A stretch of 63,982 nt of DNA, counting the filler, from Hausera hauseri (Eukaryota): the NCBI GenBank assembly GCA_046269625.1. It is 12 parts of 12 records of this genome, joined end to end, with 100 filler letters (N's around TTAATTAATTAA, not from the genome) between each part and the next. Parts side by side here need not be neighbours in the genome. Positions count along the whole stretch, not along the records: positions 1 to 7,037 come from JBJURY010042222.1; positions 7,138 to 11,461 come from JBJURY010634775.1; positions 11,562 to 16,840 come from JBJURY010292503.1; 9 more parts are not named here. One strand, given 5' to 3'. A program made the position numbers and the translations under genes. Of this stretch, positions 1 through 12,645 are shown piece after piece. The notes under the pieces are model-generated. The model worked only from the letters and a program-made list of their open reading frames with translations. It was not told where the DNA came from and did not search any database. The stretch's first letter is position 1. Each line of letters begins with the position of its first letter.

Positions 1-190
1 TCGATGGGCACATGTGCAATATCGATTTATCGATTTCCCCCCCCCTCCGGAGGGGTCTATGCCCGATTTTCCATTTTCTCCCTACTCTCCTCTGATAAGC
101 GTATATTTTTCATGTTCAATAAACTCTATTTAATTAGTTTAATAGGATTGTGAAGTAACAAATTATGAAAGTTCAGATGAGAGCAAAAGA

Positions 191-418
191 ATGATTGTGG
201 ATCAACTAGCGATGATTTATCAGTCTAATGCCTATGCTACTGAAATTAACACTTATGAAATGTATTTCGATATTACTAATCTTCTTAAACAATTAACTGA
301 TACAATTGGAAGTGGTATATTTCACAAATCAAGAATTAAGCCTGAAGCTAAATTACCAACAACTGTCCGAGAACACATTGAATTATTCACTCTATGTATA
401 ATTATTTATGATATTTAA
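191..418 (+). CDS. small hypothetical protein, convergent with the 558-857 ORF
   Basis: 75-aa ATG ORF followed by AATAAA signals (~488, ~518); no recognisable motif. Confidence 0.25.
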   Translation: MIVDQLAMIYQSNAYATEINTYEMYFDITNLLKQLTDTIGSGIFHKSRIKPEAKLPTTVREHIELFTLCIIIYDI

Positions 419-557
419 TGAATGTTGGTGCGAAAGAGATGAAACAAAGAAAAGACTTGCATGTTTAGTATATTTAAACTGTTATATAATAAAACTTTTA
501 TGTGTTTCGTGTTCTACAATAAAAACAAGTCACTGATTACAAGCTTTATTACAACAA

Positions 558-857
558 TCATTGACCATATTTATTAAAGTCATTAATTAAATTGTTCAGT
601 TCGTTCTGATTGTTTTGCAATTCTTCTTTCATTCTGATTATCTTACCGATCATTGGACTGACATTAATTAATCTGTTTTGTATCACTTCTAGAAAAATCT
701 CTTGTGCAACATATGCTAAATCATCTGTTGTAGTAAACAAGCTTTGTACTTCTTTCAATGCACTGTGAATTTCCTCTTTCATCTGTATCAATACCGAAGC
801 AGCAGTCATTCGCATTTTGAAATTGGACAATATTTTTAAGTCAATTGGATGAGACAT
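558..857 (-). CDS. small helical/coiled-coil protein with its own TATA promoter
   Basis: Intact 99-aa ORF. TATAAATA on the minus strand at 893-886 and AATAAA just after the stop. Segment LKEVQSLFTTTDDLAYVAQEIFLEVIQNRL resembles LNEVQNEYFLSKEDYVELVVRSILMQTLEMNL at 63383-63619. Confidence 0.5.
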   Translation of the reverse strand: MSHPIDLKILSNFKMRMTAASVLIQMKEEIHSALKEVQSLFTTTDDLAYVAQEIFLEVIQNRLINVSPMIGKIIRMKEELQNNQNELNNLINDFNKYGQ

Positions 858-879
858 TTTACATTCATCTGATATTCAA

Positions 880-1102
880 GGCCTATATTTATACCCCATC
901 ACCAAAAATTAAAACAAAAGAATTTTTACGCGCGAAATTCAAATTTTTTATACCGCCGGAATCCATGCAGTACGCCTGCTTGTGTGCATCCACTTTCTGA
1001 CTGTGTGCCTCCTATCTCCACCATATTAAACGTGTATGTGTGCATCATTTATTCTACCCCATGACTCATCCGCGAACCACATTATTTTTCCTTCCACGGG
1101 GG
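880..1102. repeat. dispersed promoter-bearing segment, inverted homologue of 63045-63300, ending in a G-run (PPT-like)
   Basis: Shared blocks after reverse-complementing: CCTATATTTATACCC, TTTTTACGCG, AAATTCAAATTTTT, CATGCAGTACGC, CCCATGACTCATCC, GAACCAC, then a terminal G-run. Confidence 0.85.
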
Positions 1103-1106
1103 TACT

Positions 1107-3690
1107 GTGCTCATGTGCTCACTTCTTTCTATTAATAAAGAAAAGTTTTATTACACAGCCGTGACCAATTTGGACAGATTGTTGAACATGGAGCAGGACC
1201 AGTTCATCAAAAAGCGTATACGGTTCAGATGGTGTCCCGTGTGTTTGCATGGATTCCGGTCAAATGCGACATGGGGAAAAATGTGGCTCTGTGCAGGCAA
1301 ATTTCGTCAGGAACCATAAAGTATATTATGCTAATCAGAAAGGAGTTGAGATTCATTGACTTGTCAAAAACGGACAGTCCTTCATATGTGTTGTATGCCG
1401 CTATCGAAGCAATTCTACGATGGCACAATGTATACTATCAAAAACACGTCGGTATGTTGCTAGTACCAATAAAAGTCGCCGGACAACAGCACTATTATGT
1501 TTGGTTGGAACAGTGTGCGTGATTTCCTGCAGCATTTGGAAACCATAGTGGAAACGGAAATCGCGCCGTGGTATCGCAACAATTGCAATAAACCATTAAT
1601 TTAGGCAGAAGAATATCAACCGTTGCTTTTCGCTGTCGCCGATGAATGCTATCTGTGTCACAAAATAATACCGTTTGATTCACAGGCACGGCTCGTACCA
1701 GATCACGACCATTTCACCGGTCGATACTTAGGAGTATCATGCAATTCATGCAATTTAGCAAGGCGAGTGCGACAATTCCTGCCGGTGATCTTTCATAATT
1801 TCCGAGGTTATAACTGTCACTAAGACTGTCACCATATTCTCAAATGGGCCATTAACGGATTTCCATATAAGGAACTGTCCATAATCCCAACGATATTGGA
1901 GAAATTCCTATTGCTGTCGGCACGTGTAAACCGATTCCGGATACGCTTCCTTGATTCTTTGCAATTTCTCAATGAATCATTGGCAAAGCTGATAAATGCC
2001 TTGCCAGATGTGCCGATAGCACTGACGCAGTTCCCTGCACGTATTGCATGCAGCAAAGGCATATTTCCATATGACTTTGCAACATTATATGAGCGACTTC
2101 GGACAGCAGAGGAATCACCGCCGCGATGGACAGGTATCGCAGAAGATGAATATCGGAGAGCGCAAGAATGTTGGACAGAACTGGGCTGTAGAAACATGTT
2201 GAATTATATGCTTCAGTATCTTAAATTGGATGTGTACTTATTAGCCGATGTATTTCAGTCATTTCAAGCTAAAGTGTTGGCTGGAGCCATTCAACTTTTA
2301 TTCCACACCGGGAATGAGTTTGGCGTCAACTCTAATGTCACTGGATCAAGACAATCAGTTGTTGCAAGACCCCGAAATATACCCTATGTTTGATGTTGTT
2401 TTCGTGGTGGTATGACATTAGTCAACAAGCGTCAGTTCAGTGATACCGATATCACATCACTGCTGAATATTGATATTAATAACCTGTATGGCTGGGCGTA
2501 TTCGCAGTCCTTGTCGTACAGTTCATTTGAATGGGTAGTCGACAGACAAGATCTGGACGACAGTGGTCAACCTACCACGAGCAGACATGGCTGGGTCAGT
2601 TGGATACTTGATGGAGGTCGATCTCGAGATACCAGATGAGCTGCATGACGTTTTGGACTATTTACCGGTCGCACCATTTAACCAATGTCTGCCAGGCTCA
2701 AAAGTGAAGAAACTGCTAATGACGCATGAACCGAAGCTGAATTACGCAGTTCATTGGCGTCTGCTACAATTCTACATGCAGCTCGGTGGGTGCGTCACAC
2801 AGCTTCATCGTGCATTCCTGTATGCTCAGGCTGCCATATTCAAGGCGTACATAGATGAAAATTCGGAGAAACGAGTCGCAGCTTGTACAAAGTTCGAAAA
2901 GGACTACTACAAGCTGAAAAACAATTCTCTGCACAGCAAAACAGTGGAGAATCTGAGAAAGCTTCTCAATGTGCTCCTATGTAACTCGGAAAAGCGGCTG
3001 GTTACATATACCAGCAAAACAGTTTCGACAGAAAATGCTCATTGCCGATGGATTCGTTGCGGTGCTGTTAAACAGGAAAGAAGTCGTACTGGACCGGCCA
3101 AGTTACACAGGACAGGTGGTATTGGACCGGAGCAATTTATGGATGTATGAGCTGCAGTATTGCGACTTGGAACGTTACCGCCGAATGTTTGACGGCTGCA
3201 ATATTGACATATTTGCCGGTGACACAGGCAGTTTTTTCCTGCAACTGAAAAACGTCAATCGCGAACATCTACTGCAACAAATGCAGTCAGATGGATTACT
3301 GGACACGTCCAACTACCCACCGGATCATCCGTTGTACAGCAACGCCATCACAAAGAAAATCGACTGATTCAAGGATGAAAGTGAGGGCAGGGTTCAGTAT
3401 CGGGAATTGATATTTCTACGGCCAAAATGTTATAGCCTTTTAACTGACGGTGGACCGAAAATGCACGCCAAAGTAGTTCAGTTGGTCCAGACAGAAATAA
3501 ACCACGGTGATTATCGACGTATTGATGAAGAAGGAGGAAAATCAAAGGCTATTGTGTATCAAATGATCATCCGATCAATTGAGCACCAGCTGTATACGGT
3601 GACCAATACAAAGGTCGCTTTATAGTGCAATGATGATAAACATAAGTGGGTTGGAAGAAATAACAGTTGGGCGTACGGACATTGGCGTTT
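1107..3690 (+). pseudogene. Polinton-type protein-primed DNA polymerase B (frameshifted)
   Basis: Motifs CYLC..DHDHFTGRYLG..CNSCNL, VIFHNFRGY, RFLDSLQFL..SLAKL, KGIFPY, YLKLDVYLLADVF, DINNLYGWA, KLKNNSL, GDTGS (YxDTDS-like), LRPKCYS, spread over several frames. Confidence 0.9.
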
Positions 3691-4375
3691 GGGATAACAT
3701 ACGTTTAATGTTCACAAACAGTTCAGTGCAAACGTGCAATTAAGTCCATCTAGATCATTGACATTTGTGATCTTTATTTTACATTCATCTGCTGTACATG
3801 TTTTGTTATATATGATCAATAACGCATTTGTGCACTAATTTTTGTCTTCAGTTTTATAACAAGGAAATGGGATTTAATTTTGGTTATCGAAAATAAATTA
3901 AAAAATTTCCTGTTACTCAAAAACTCAAATACTTTTCATTATTAATCTAAACCACAACACCAAAAACTCAAATAAATTTTATTATAAATTGTAAACTAAC
4001 AACACTGAAAACTAAAAAGAGTATGTCAGGTCAATTCATTAGGGTAAACTTCCTCAACTTCCGCCTTGGCAATTTAATACCGCGCAGTTTCTTATATCCT
4101 TTCGGCTTCATTGTCAGGTATCCTCTTACTCATTCCGTTGCAAAAACTACTGTTTGTCCACTTGCACTCACAATTTTCGCCATGTTGCATTTAAGGAAAA
4201 GCGAGGATGTGTCCCGAATTTTATTGGACAATATGAAATCTTTGTCCATTTTTCTTCATCGTTTCCTCCAATGCATCCAAGTCACTGTCACCGGGTAGAT
4301 GTACGGATACTATTTATGCATATAATCATTCGACACATCGTGGCATCAATGGATTACGGCCGGTGGATGTAATCG

Positions 4376-4735
4376 ATGATTTGGACATGCGACTTTATCA
4401 AAACCGACAAAGAAAAGCAATTAAAATATAAAATCGGTGCTTACGTATGTATGTCAAAAATAAGTACGACGCCATTCATTAAGAATTTCAATCAGAACTG
4501 GAGCGATGAGGTTTTCCACATTTCGGGAAATCAACAAGTTTTAGAAAATGAAAACGGTGAGGGAATACACGGTAAATTCTGCGAACACGAACTGCAGATA
4601 CTGCCCGAGAAACTCGATGTATATCGTATTCAGGAAATTCGACGTTCACGTGGCAAAGGTTCGAATAAACAATATCTCGTCAAGTGGCACGGATACATTA
4701 CGCCGAGCTGGATTTTTCCATCGTTGATTGAGTGA
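4376..4735 (+). pseudogene. Polinton integrase C-terminal region with chromodomain
   Basis: KYKIG..V..SK...F.K....NWSDEVFHI, G.F.EHELQ, YRIQEIRRSRG....QYLVKWHGY..PSWI; the catalytic core is absent. Confidence 0.75.
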
Positions 4736-5760
4736 TGAGCATTTATTTGGTACTTGATAGTAACATATTATCAGAACATGACAACAACAACAATACCGCT
4801 GAACAGTTTACCATGGCGTTGGAACAGCAGCTCAACTTACTCCAGGGAGCCTGGGAGGTGGCTTTGGCGTAATGCACATTTACACTTTCACCAATAACAA
4901 TATGTGAGAACATTTGAATATTCTATACTCTACTAAGACAATCTCCTGCATTTAGTCGATTGCAGTTTGTCCGAGACTTTAATGGAATATATTACGTTAG
5001 CAACTACAAGCAGAAAAATTTCCCGGTTTATGTTTGTCATTTAAACAATCTATTGGTGCCAAACACAAACATCCGATTGAATTGCATGCATGGGGCTTTC
5101 AATCTGTCAATGTGCACTCGACAGGTCTACGGCTCGGTGGACATAGTATAATTAGTGAAAAAATCAACATCATTAAACCACCGATATCACGGTGAACTGG
5201 CAAAAGACTGAATCATTCTTTTATTCTCATACAACAGGAACTGGTTTTTGTGCTTAAACGGAAACAGAATTGTGCGCAACCATCAAGGTTGTAGCTAAAT
5301 TGGCTCTCGAGACATTTCAATTAAACTCTGGTGGTCGTATTTCATTTACATTGCATGATAATGTTATATATTTTGCCTTTGATAAACTATTTGCACTGGA
5401 TCTGGGTATTAAGAAATGAGAATTCGGTCAAACCGGCGGCGGACGGCCCATTGTTGATAAACACAAACCACGTTTCTACGAAGCATTTTATCGAATCAAT
5501 ATTTTAATAGATCTAACCGAACGCGTATATGTTGGCGGAGACAGTAAACAACTATTCGTTTCTATTGGGCTGGATTCGGACACGTACAAAACATCGGGCG
5601 AAACTGTTCACGTAAATATCATCTGGCCCATGTATTTATCGTTGCCTCACAATGTTGTGCGCAGTATTTCCCTGTATATAGTAGACGAATTTTGGAAACC
5701 CATTAAATTTCTGTTTGGGGCCAAGACACATTTTATGCAACAAATCGTCGTCGTCGTCGA
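4735..5760 (+). pseudogene. Polinton minor capsid (penton)-like gene, copy 1
   Basis: N-term MSIYLVLDSN..NTAEQFTMALEQQLNL..AWEVAL; C-term DLTERVYVGGDSKQL..PMYLSL..SISLYIVDE..KPIKF; contains stops and frameshifts. Confidence 0.6.
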
Positions 5761-5802
5761 TAATAAGCTAAATGCATAATCATAATCATCATCATCGAGA
5801 TC

Positions 5803-6870
5803 ATGAATATTTACATAGTGTTGCCGAGCAACAGTTGTCCGACTACTCGTTCGAACAATTCACCAGTGATTACGTTGTAGATTAGAACAATCCTTTGGAT
5901 TTATCTAGAAAATATAAGGTTGCACTGACGGAATTTTACTTTCCCTACGCACCGGTGACATTGAAAGTTAGTACGAAAATGAAGTATAACAAGACTGTTC
6001 GTGAAACCAAAACACATTCTTGACCTCTCACACTTACTAACAATAAAATAACAGTTGGAGAATCGGCCATTTGCACGACCGAAGCAATTTACGGTTCACA
6101 CGGAAAAATTGGTGTTCTTATTTAAGGGAAAAACTTAAATTTTATGGCAGATTTTGAAATTACTGTCACCTTTGAGTTCTCTGACAAGGCGCAGAAATTT
6201 GGACTCAAAAATACAGAGTACAAAGGTGAACGTATTAAAAGTGAATATGCAGTTGCTCCAAGATTAAGTCCCGTATATTATCAGGCAATGGTGAAATTTA
6301 CCTATACAGCAGAAAGAGTGTCAACGTCATACGTATCGATTGGCGACAATGTTTATTGCAAATCTGTAGCACATCTCTGTCAGCACTTTTCTTTAAATCA
6401 AAACAACAAGGAGATATTTAAAGTTTTCGAGTCAGACGCAAATGGGTACATTAAATTTGAACTGGAAAAAGATATTGTCGACATTTCATTGGGCAAAGCT
6501 TTGGCCATAGTATAGGGTTTTGAAAAACAGCGATTTGAGACATCATATACGAAAACAGGGGCGGAGGTGGCAAATGTTGCAACACTTAAACCCAAACTGA
6601 AAGCGAAATTAAGTCAAATGTACATTTACGTGAATGTCACCGAACCGATTTGGGTCGGTAGAGTACGTGTACCGCTACTCCGTGCAATTTATACGGAAAG
6701 CAGCAATTATACTGACGGTGACTATGTCACTGTCAAGCTCTATAATCCAATGTACCTATCTGTGGCAACTACATCTATAAATAATGTTGAAGTGAATATC
6801 CGATGTGACGCGGGCTACCTTATTGAATATCTGTACAGTACCACAACCAGTCAAACTCTTAATTTCGACG
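5803..6870 (+). pseudogene. Polinton minor capsid (penton)-like gene, copy 2
   Basis: N-term MNIYIVLPSNSCP..PLDLSRKYKVALTEFYFPY; C-term MYIYVNVTEPIWVGRVRVPLLRAI..NPMYLSV..INNVEVNIR. Confidence 0.7.
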
Positions 6871-6878
6871 AATCCAAC

Positions 6879-7037
6879 ATGATTGATTCTGAAAAAGTTT
6901 CCATTTACAGTAAACGCAGCAAGGCTGTGAACTGCCACATTTTGTTGGAAAACAGTATGGCTCTGGATAGTTGCGTACATTGGCACGTTTAGCATTCCTA
7001 GCGTTAAAGCGTATTGGAGCTGTGGAAGCAAAAGCAC
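6879..7037 (+). pseudogene. Polinton core/membrane-lytic protein-like fragment
   Basis: Alternative frame reads ELPHFVGKQYGSG*LRTLARLAFLALKRIG: a QxGxG motif followed by an amphipathic basic helix; truncated by the contig end. Confidence 0.45.
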
Positions 7038-7137
7038 NNNNNNNNNNNNNNNNNNNNNNNNNNNNNNNNNNNNNNNNNNNNTTAATTAATTAANNNNNNN
7101 NNNNNNNNNNNNNNNNNNNNNNNNNNNNNNNNNNNNN
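7038..7137. other. artificial contig spacer (first of 11)
   Basis: 44 N + TTAATTAATTAA (stops in all six frames) + 44 N. Identical spacers at 11462-11561, 16841-16940, 22651-22750, 26709-26808, 31642-31741, 36027-36126, 44311-44410, 50577-50676, 54722-54821, 59846-59945. Confidence 0.98.
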
Positions 7138-9800
7138 GTTCGGCTTAGCAATCAGCTTCTTGGCTCGCTTCCACTTACATACTAAATCCATGCTGATCCT
7201 ATTTCGGATGTTCTCTATCGTCTTGTCAAAAAACGCTGTTGTTGTAGAGCTTAAATTGATTTTTCTCAAAATCGTTCTTGGTGTTGCCCACAGCTGCATA
7301 TTCAGATCTTTATATAGTATCGGCCACATGGACTAGCTGAACTGCAGGGCCCGATAAATCTTTATGATTCTAAGTCCGTTCTTTATTGCTTGCTGGAGAA
7401 TGATTTAGTGGGCTACATACCTCTCCCTGTTCTCTAGATGGCAGAGCAGCTTTCTATGTTTTCCATTAGGTAGCGGCTTGCTCTCAGGGAGGAAAGCAGT
7501 TGTTCATGCCTTGCATGGATATTATGTGGATATTCAATATCCACTTCTAGTATGTAGCGCGTATTTCCGTTGGGATCTACATCTTGTATTGCTAAGTCTT
7601 TCGGATGATCCACCCATTTAAAGTCGTCATAAGGCAATGAGGCGCCCATTGCCCATCCATAGATGTTATTGGCATCCAAGTAGGTAATATAGGAGGATGC
7701 CTTGGATGGATCATATTCGGCCATATACTTGTTATTAGCCTCACTATACCACTGAATGGTCTGGCATATTCCACCTCTAATGTCTCTGTCCATGATGAGG
7801 AACATATCTTAATCTTTCAAGATCTGCAGCCTAATACCCGTATATCGCAACATTGCTGCCCAACTCATTCCTGGAACTGTGAAGAAATGAGCTGGATCCA
7901 ACTTGTGGCTTGCAAGTGTTACATCACGGAAGTTTTCAAAGACATCTGCCAGTAGCACCACGTCCGTCTTAAGGTATACATCACTGTATTCTCCTATTTT
8001 CCTACATTTGAATGCTTCCCAGTCATTTTGGGCATGTTGGTAATCTGAGCATACTGTAAATATCTTTCTTGGCCGCCAAAGCTGTTTTATCGAGTGTTTC
8101 CCATGAGGTGATGTAATCATAGGGAAACACTCCTTTCCTTTTGACTATATCAAACATATTAGGAACGAACCGCTTTGTCTCCTTTGGTTCTTCTGCTGGG
8201 AGGTTCTACACGAGGCTATCAAGTGAAGAAGACATGAATTGAAAACTGTCTACGAAACGAAGTCAGACTTTTCCAACATGCTTCGTAAATATGACATATT
8301 TCTCCTCACTGTTGGGGATCACGTCGATATTACTCTTAATGTTTCCTAGTTCCCAAACAATGAAATGGGAATCATATCCACTGAGGTTGTGGAATACTAC
8401 AAGCAGAAATGTCACTGTTCTGCAAAGTAGATAGCAATTGTTGCATGCTGTGTATCAATATGTGCCTGTAAAATGGCACTGATCGCTGACATTATGATTC
8501 TTCTTAGTGAAAGATTAAGAGATCAAGTGGCATGTTGCTGCCTCGCGCCATTCCTGCTCCTTCTTCGACATGCTCATTTTATCCAAATCCTTGTGTTGCT
8601 GTAATATAACTTCAATCCTTTGAGCCATATTTTCTAATCGCTTTATAAAATGTGCGTCTGCATTTGGACCCCTGAATAGAAATGGATCCTTGTCCAGTCC
8701 TATTTAATACATACAACATGACGAGAGTTCGTGATATTGATATACCGTTGTGCTGTTTTGCTGCAGATTGGGGTTGCAACTCTGAACTGGACTTAAGATT
8801 GCTTCAAAGTTGCAATAAATGACTATTGGAACCTTCAGCTTCTTTTCAAACTCTTTAAATTCTATACGGTCCTCTTTGAAAAATTCTGTCCTGATACAAT
8901 AATTGTTGTTTCAGTACATCTGGTATTTCTCAAGCTTTTTCATAGGTACATCGCCACCGAAATGGGATAAACATCTTCTACAAATTTTAATTCTTCCATG
9001 ATTTGTTGTTATTTAAGATCTTACTAGACGCTAAAAAGTTTTTAATCCATCGTCTAACAGGAACAGATCCATGTGATCTTACAATTCAGCGTCACATATT
9101 TGTAGCGGATAGAATTTATTTTCCTCCAATCCAAAGTTATTGATGGATATATTGTTACGTCGCCAGAATTTTTTGACTTCATCTAAGGATGGGGGGAATA
9201 TAATACATTGGAAGTCATAATTGTGCAGTAGATCATTATACAACCAAACTCGACATGCATACTTTTGATAGAATGAAATATTTGAAACACATTGTATCAT
9301 CATTATGGACATAGATGCATGCTTTTTTCTTAACGATCCATTCCGGAAGCTGTATATAAAAGCTGTCTCGCATGGGGGAGTACTTGTGCACAAACACAAG
9401 AAATCTCTTTATGTTGGCCAAAGTCTATCCACTCTTTTTGTTCTCCTTAGATTCACGTATTGATGCTTTCTAATACTGGCCTATTTTTAGTCTTGAAGGC
9501 CCAGTTTGATTTCTTGCCATCGACATTGGTAAACGTGGCCTCTAACTTAAGTTGACTTTAAGAACCTTGAGCTCCACCATATTATCTTGGAGAATCCCAT
9601 GGTTTCATCCTTTGTATATTCCAGAAAGTCATGAAGCGTAGTTTGATTAGTTTACAGATATGATATCTGCGGACTTTGCTCTTCAATGCTGCGATATCAA
9701 CTGTTTTCTGCCTTTGACTTTTTGGTGCAGCTTTGGAATATCTGCAGTTGCACGTTTTAATCCTGTGTTGCTGCTCCATTCATTCAGTGTGCTGCACTGA
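7138..9800 (-). pseudogene. second, distinct Polinton-type DNA polymerase B (heavily disrupted)
   Basis: YSPMR..YIQLPEWI..KKACI.V.NDD..CF, YLKTDVVLLADVFENFR..LDPAHFFTVPGMSWAAML, IRGGI..ANNKYM..YDP..YLDANNIYGWAM, ILEVDIEYP, K.IENIRNR. Confidence 0.9.
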
Positions 9801-10425
9801 AGTGTGAGAAACTGGCTGTTCAGCATCTGAAACTGGCTGTGCTGCTGCAACAGCAGAGTTATGTTGCTTGAAGTCTATTAAATGAACCTTGTGATCCAAT
9901 AAAACTGTGAAAAGCGGTTTGATTTCACCGATTGACTGCCCGGCTCTCTGATTCTTTCTTATTACACTGTAGCTATCTTCGTCAAAAAAATTAATTTGAT
10001 ACTTTCCAGCAGGAAGGCGACTGTGCTCATTATGGAAAGTAACCTAAAGCTGTTGATAAATCTATGAAAAAGTACAAATAACAAACCTGATATCTATTTG
10101 AATCAGTGTCACGACCAGCAAGAACCAGTTGGCCATTTAATTCAGCATACAAATTAATACTCTAAAGAAGTTTCATTCTAAAACAAAGTATTAAAATTGT
10201 ACCGAAGAAACACCATCACAAGCCAATTTCACTTCTGTAATAAAAACTGTTTCACTTGACAATAAAGCTTCACTGGTAGAAAAGTTTTAGAATCAATAGT
10301 GGGATTTTTACAATGTGTTACCGAAACGACTGAATGTGCATAACCAGGCGGTTTAGCAGGACTGATATGGAGCTGCTCTGAATATCTAATAGGACACGAG
10401 CCGCAACCACAACCGCGGCACCACA

Positions 10426-11461
10426 TCACTCACCCCCCCGTGGCAGAAGAGGAGCTATGTAAAGTAAAAGGAATGATAAAGATAATATGGATGAAAACAA
10501 TGAATCGCAACAAGAAATAATGTTAGGTTCCTATTCAGTTTTAGTACGCGTATGGATGAAAGCAATAAATGACAACAAGGAATAATGTTTGGTTCTTATT
10601 CAGTTTTAATATGGGTCAGGCGTTGTGTGCCATCAAATAATTTTTCTCTGCTGTACGTATTAAATGTCACTCTGCGTACCTTACTCAATAGATTTGTGCT
10701 GAGTTGTAGTTTGACGTTTTGTGATGAAAAATTTTTGAGATTACGTAATCCAGTGTGTGGTGTTGTTCGTGATGAAATCGACAGAGGTGACGAAGAGAAT
10801 GTGTCAAGCAAAGGCGATAATACAATTGAAGGGGATGAAACACTGGATGTAGGCAAAGAATGCGAAGAAAATGGTGAGCATGATGAAAGAAAGGGAAAGA
10901 GTAAAGGAGAAAGTGATGATGATTAAGTGTGATCGAACAGTGATTGCCGCAACGGCGCAAAATCGTTTAGAAAATCGATAGGAGTGGGAGTTGAGTTGGA
11001 TTGGCGGTGGAATTAGCATCCGGATTGTCATCAATGAAGAAAGCGGGCTTCAGATTCGAAATGTGGACGTTGTAAGGTTTATCTTGGTGTAAAACGGTAG
11101 CTGTGTGAGATGAAAGATTCAGCAGTTTATACGAGCCAACATATTGAGGTCTAAAACCTGAAGGCGATTGATTCTTCAATCACACAAACTTGGCGGAGTA
11201 TAAATCCTTCGGAATATAGAATTTGTTGTTGTTAAAAAGGCGACAGAATGAATCTGAGCTGACCTCGACAAAGTGAGATGGTGCCGCATGAATGTTTTCG
11301 TCTGCAGGGTTGCCGTTGAGATCAGAAAGCTCAAATAAGGCCCGAATTAAAGTCCCAAAGAGTGCTTCAGCTGGAGCACAACCGATAGTGGAAGGTGTGT
11401 TGCGCCAACCTAGTAGAACAAATGGTAGAATGGACGTCCAATTACGATGAGTGTCAGCCAA
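10426..11461 (-). mobile_element. Ty3/Gypsy 3' fragment: integrase C-terminus, S/P/T-rich tail, PPT; LTR begins TGTGGTGCC at 10425
   Basis: WTSILPFVLLGWRNTP..PAEALFG, PQYVGSYKL..VHISNLKPAF, KVRRVTF..GTQRL, then GGGGGGGTGAGTGA|TGTGG; same family as 38186-43203 and 55675-59760. Confidence 0.85.
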
Positions 11462-12159
11462 NNNNNNNNNNNNNNNNNNNNNNNNNNNNNNNNNNNNNNN
11501 NNNNNTTAATTAATTAANNNNNNNNNNNNNNNNNNNNNNNNNNNNNNNNNNNNNNNNNNNNAGAATCTATGCTAACAAAATGTTAATGAGTTTTCACATC
11601 ACTGATGTTACGTTTAAGTGTATTTCTGTTTGTTTAAGGGCTGATGACACAGCACATACAAGGTGTTACAGTAAGTGACTTTGACTCGTAAAGTGTGCAC
11701 CCAAAACTCTCAGCTAGCTTCATCAGTAACCATTCCAGCACATTTCTGCTTCAGTGCTGAGAAACAACCGCTTGAACAGAAGAAGCCTCGTCCAACGATC
11801 TCTGGGTGTTTTTCAGTGTCAGTTTCCTGCTCTGTTAGTTCAGTCGCCACAAACGAGGCTTTCACTGAAAGCCCAGATGAAATCATCACCGTACACATCT
11901 GCCAAGCAGCCTTTTTTTTTTTCTCTTTTGAAAATAAGAAAAAAATATTCTAAAAGTTACTGTGTCCTTGCATAATTTGTAGAATTGTTTGTGGGTTTGC
12001 AAGGGTGGTCCTCTGCCAGAAGCTAATGCTGTTTGAGAGGCCAAGGCATGTAAAAGTTTGGGAACCCCCGGATTGTCATTTTGTAAAATAAACAGTTTCT
12101 GGGAAAAAGGGCTTAGATTCATATTCTCTACAGTTGTAAAGTAACAAAGCATACATACC

Positions 12160-12645
12160 TCAGTAGAAATTTTGGTTATTTGTACTTCACTTGAATCATT
12201 ATTTTTCAGCTAACTTTTAACATCTACTCCTTACATTTTTACACAATTATCTGTACTTTTTACTCCATGCATTTAAAAAAAAGATAAGAAACTGGTAAGA
12301 CTTTAATTATGGTTAGATGACAAGTATAAATTTATACAATTCTCACACCCTGCTGGTTTGAGTGATCCATCTCACTTGTAGGAAACAAACCACGTCACAC
12401 TTTAGCAGGAAATATCAGATGTATGTAACTGAGTATAAAGATGACTGTGGCAGAGATATATAGGAACAGTGCATTCCAAAGTTTTCAACATTAACATGTT
12501 AATATAACTTTATAATCATTGAGGTCTTTAGAAAAAACTACTTTTGATACTTAAGTACAATAAATGCCAGAAACAACATTTACTCAATTATTCGATAAGA
12601 GTTTAACTTTTACTAAAGTAATTTATGGTAAGATACTTGTGCTTT
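12160..12645. repeat. teleost hAT-type non-autonomous element remnant
   Basis: Repeated TACTT/ACTTTTACT..AAGTA words typical of fish DNA-transposon MITEs. Confidence 0.4.

Larger units (their letters stand above)
1107..7037 (+). mobile_element. decayed Polinton/Maverick (adintovirus-like) element fragment
   Basis: Co-linear protein-primed PolB, integrase C-terminus with chromodomain, two penton-like genes and a QxGxG core-protein-like ORF. Confidence 0.85.
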
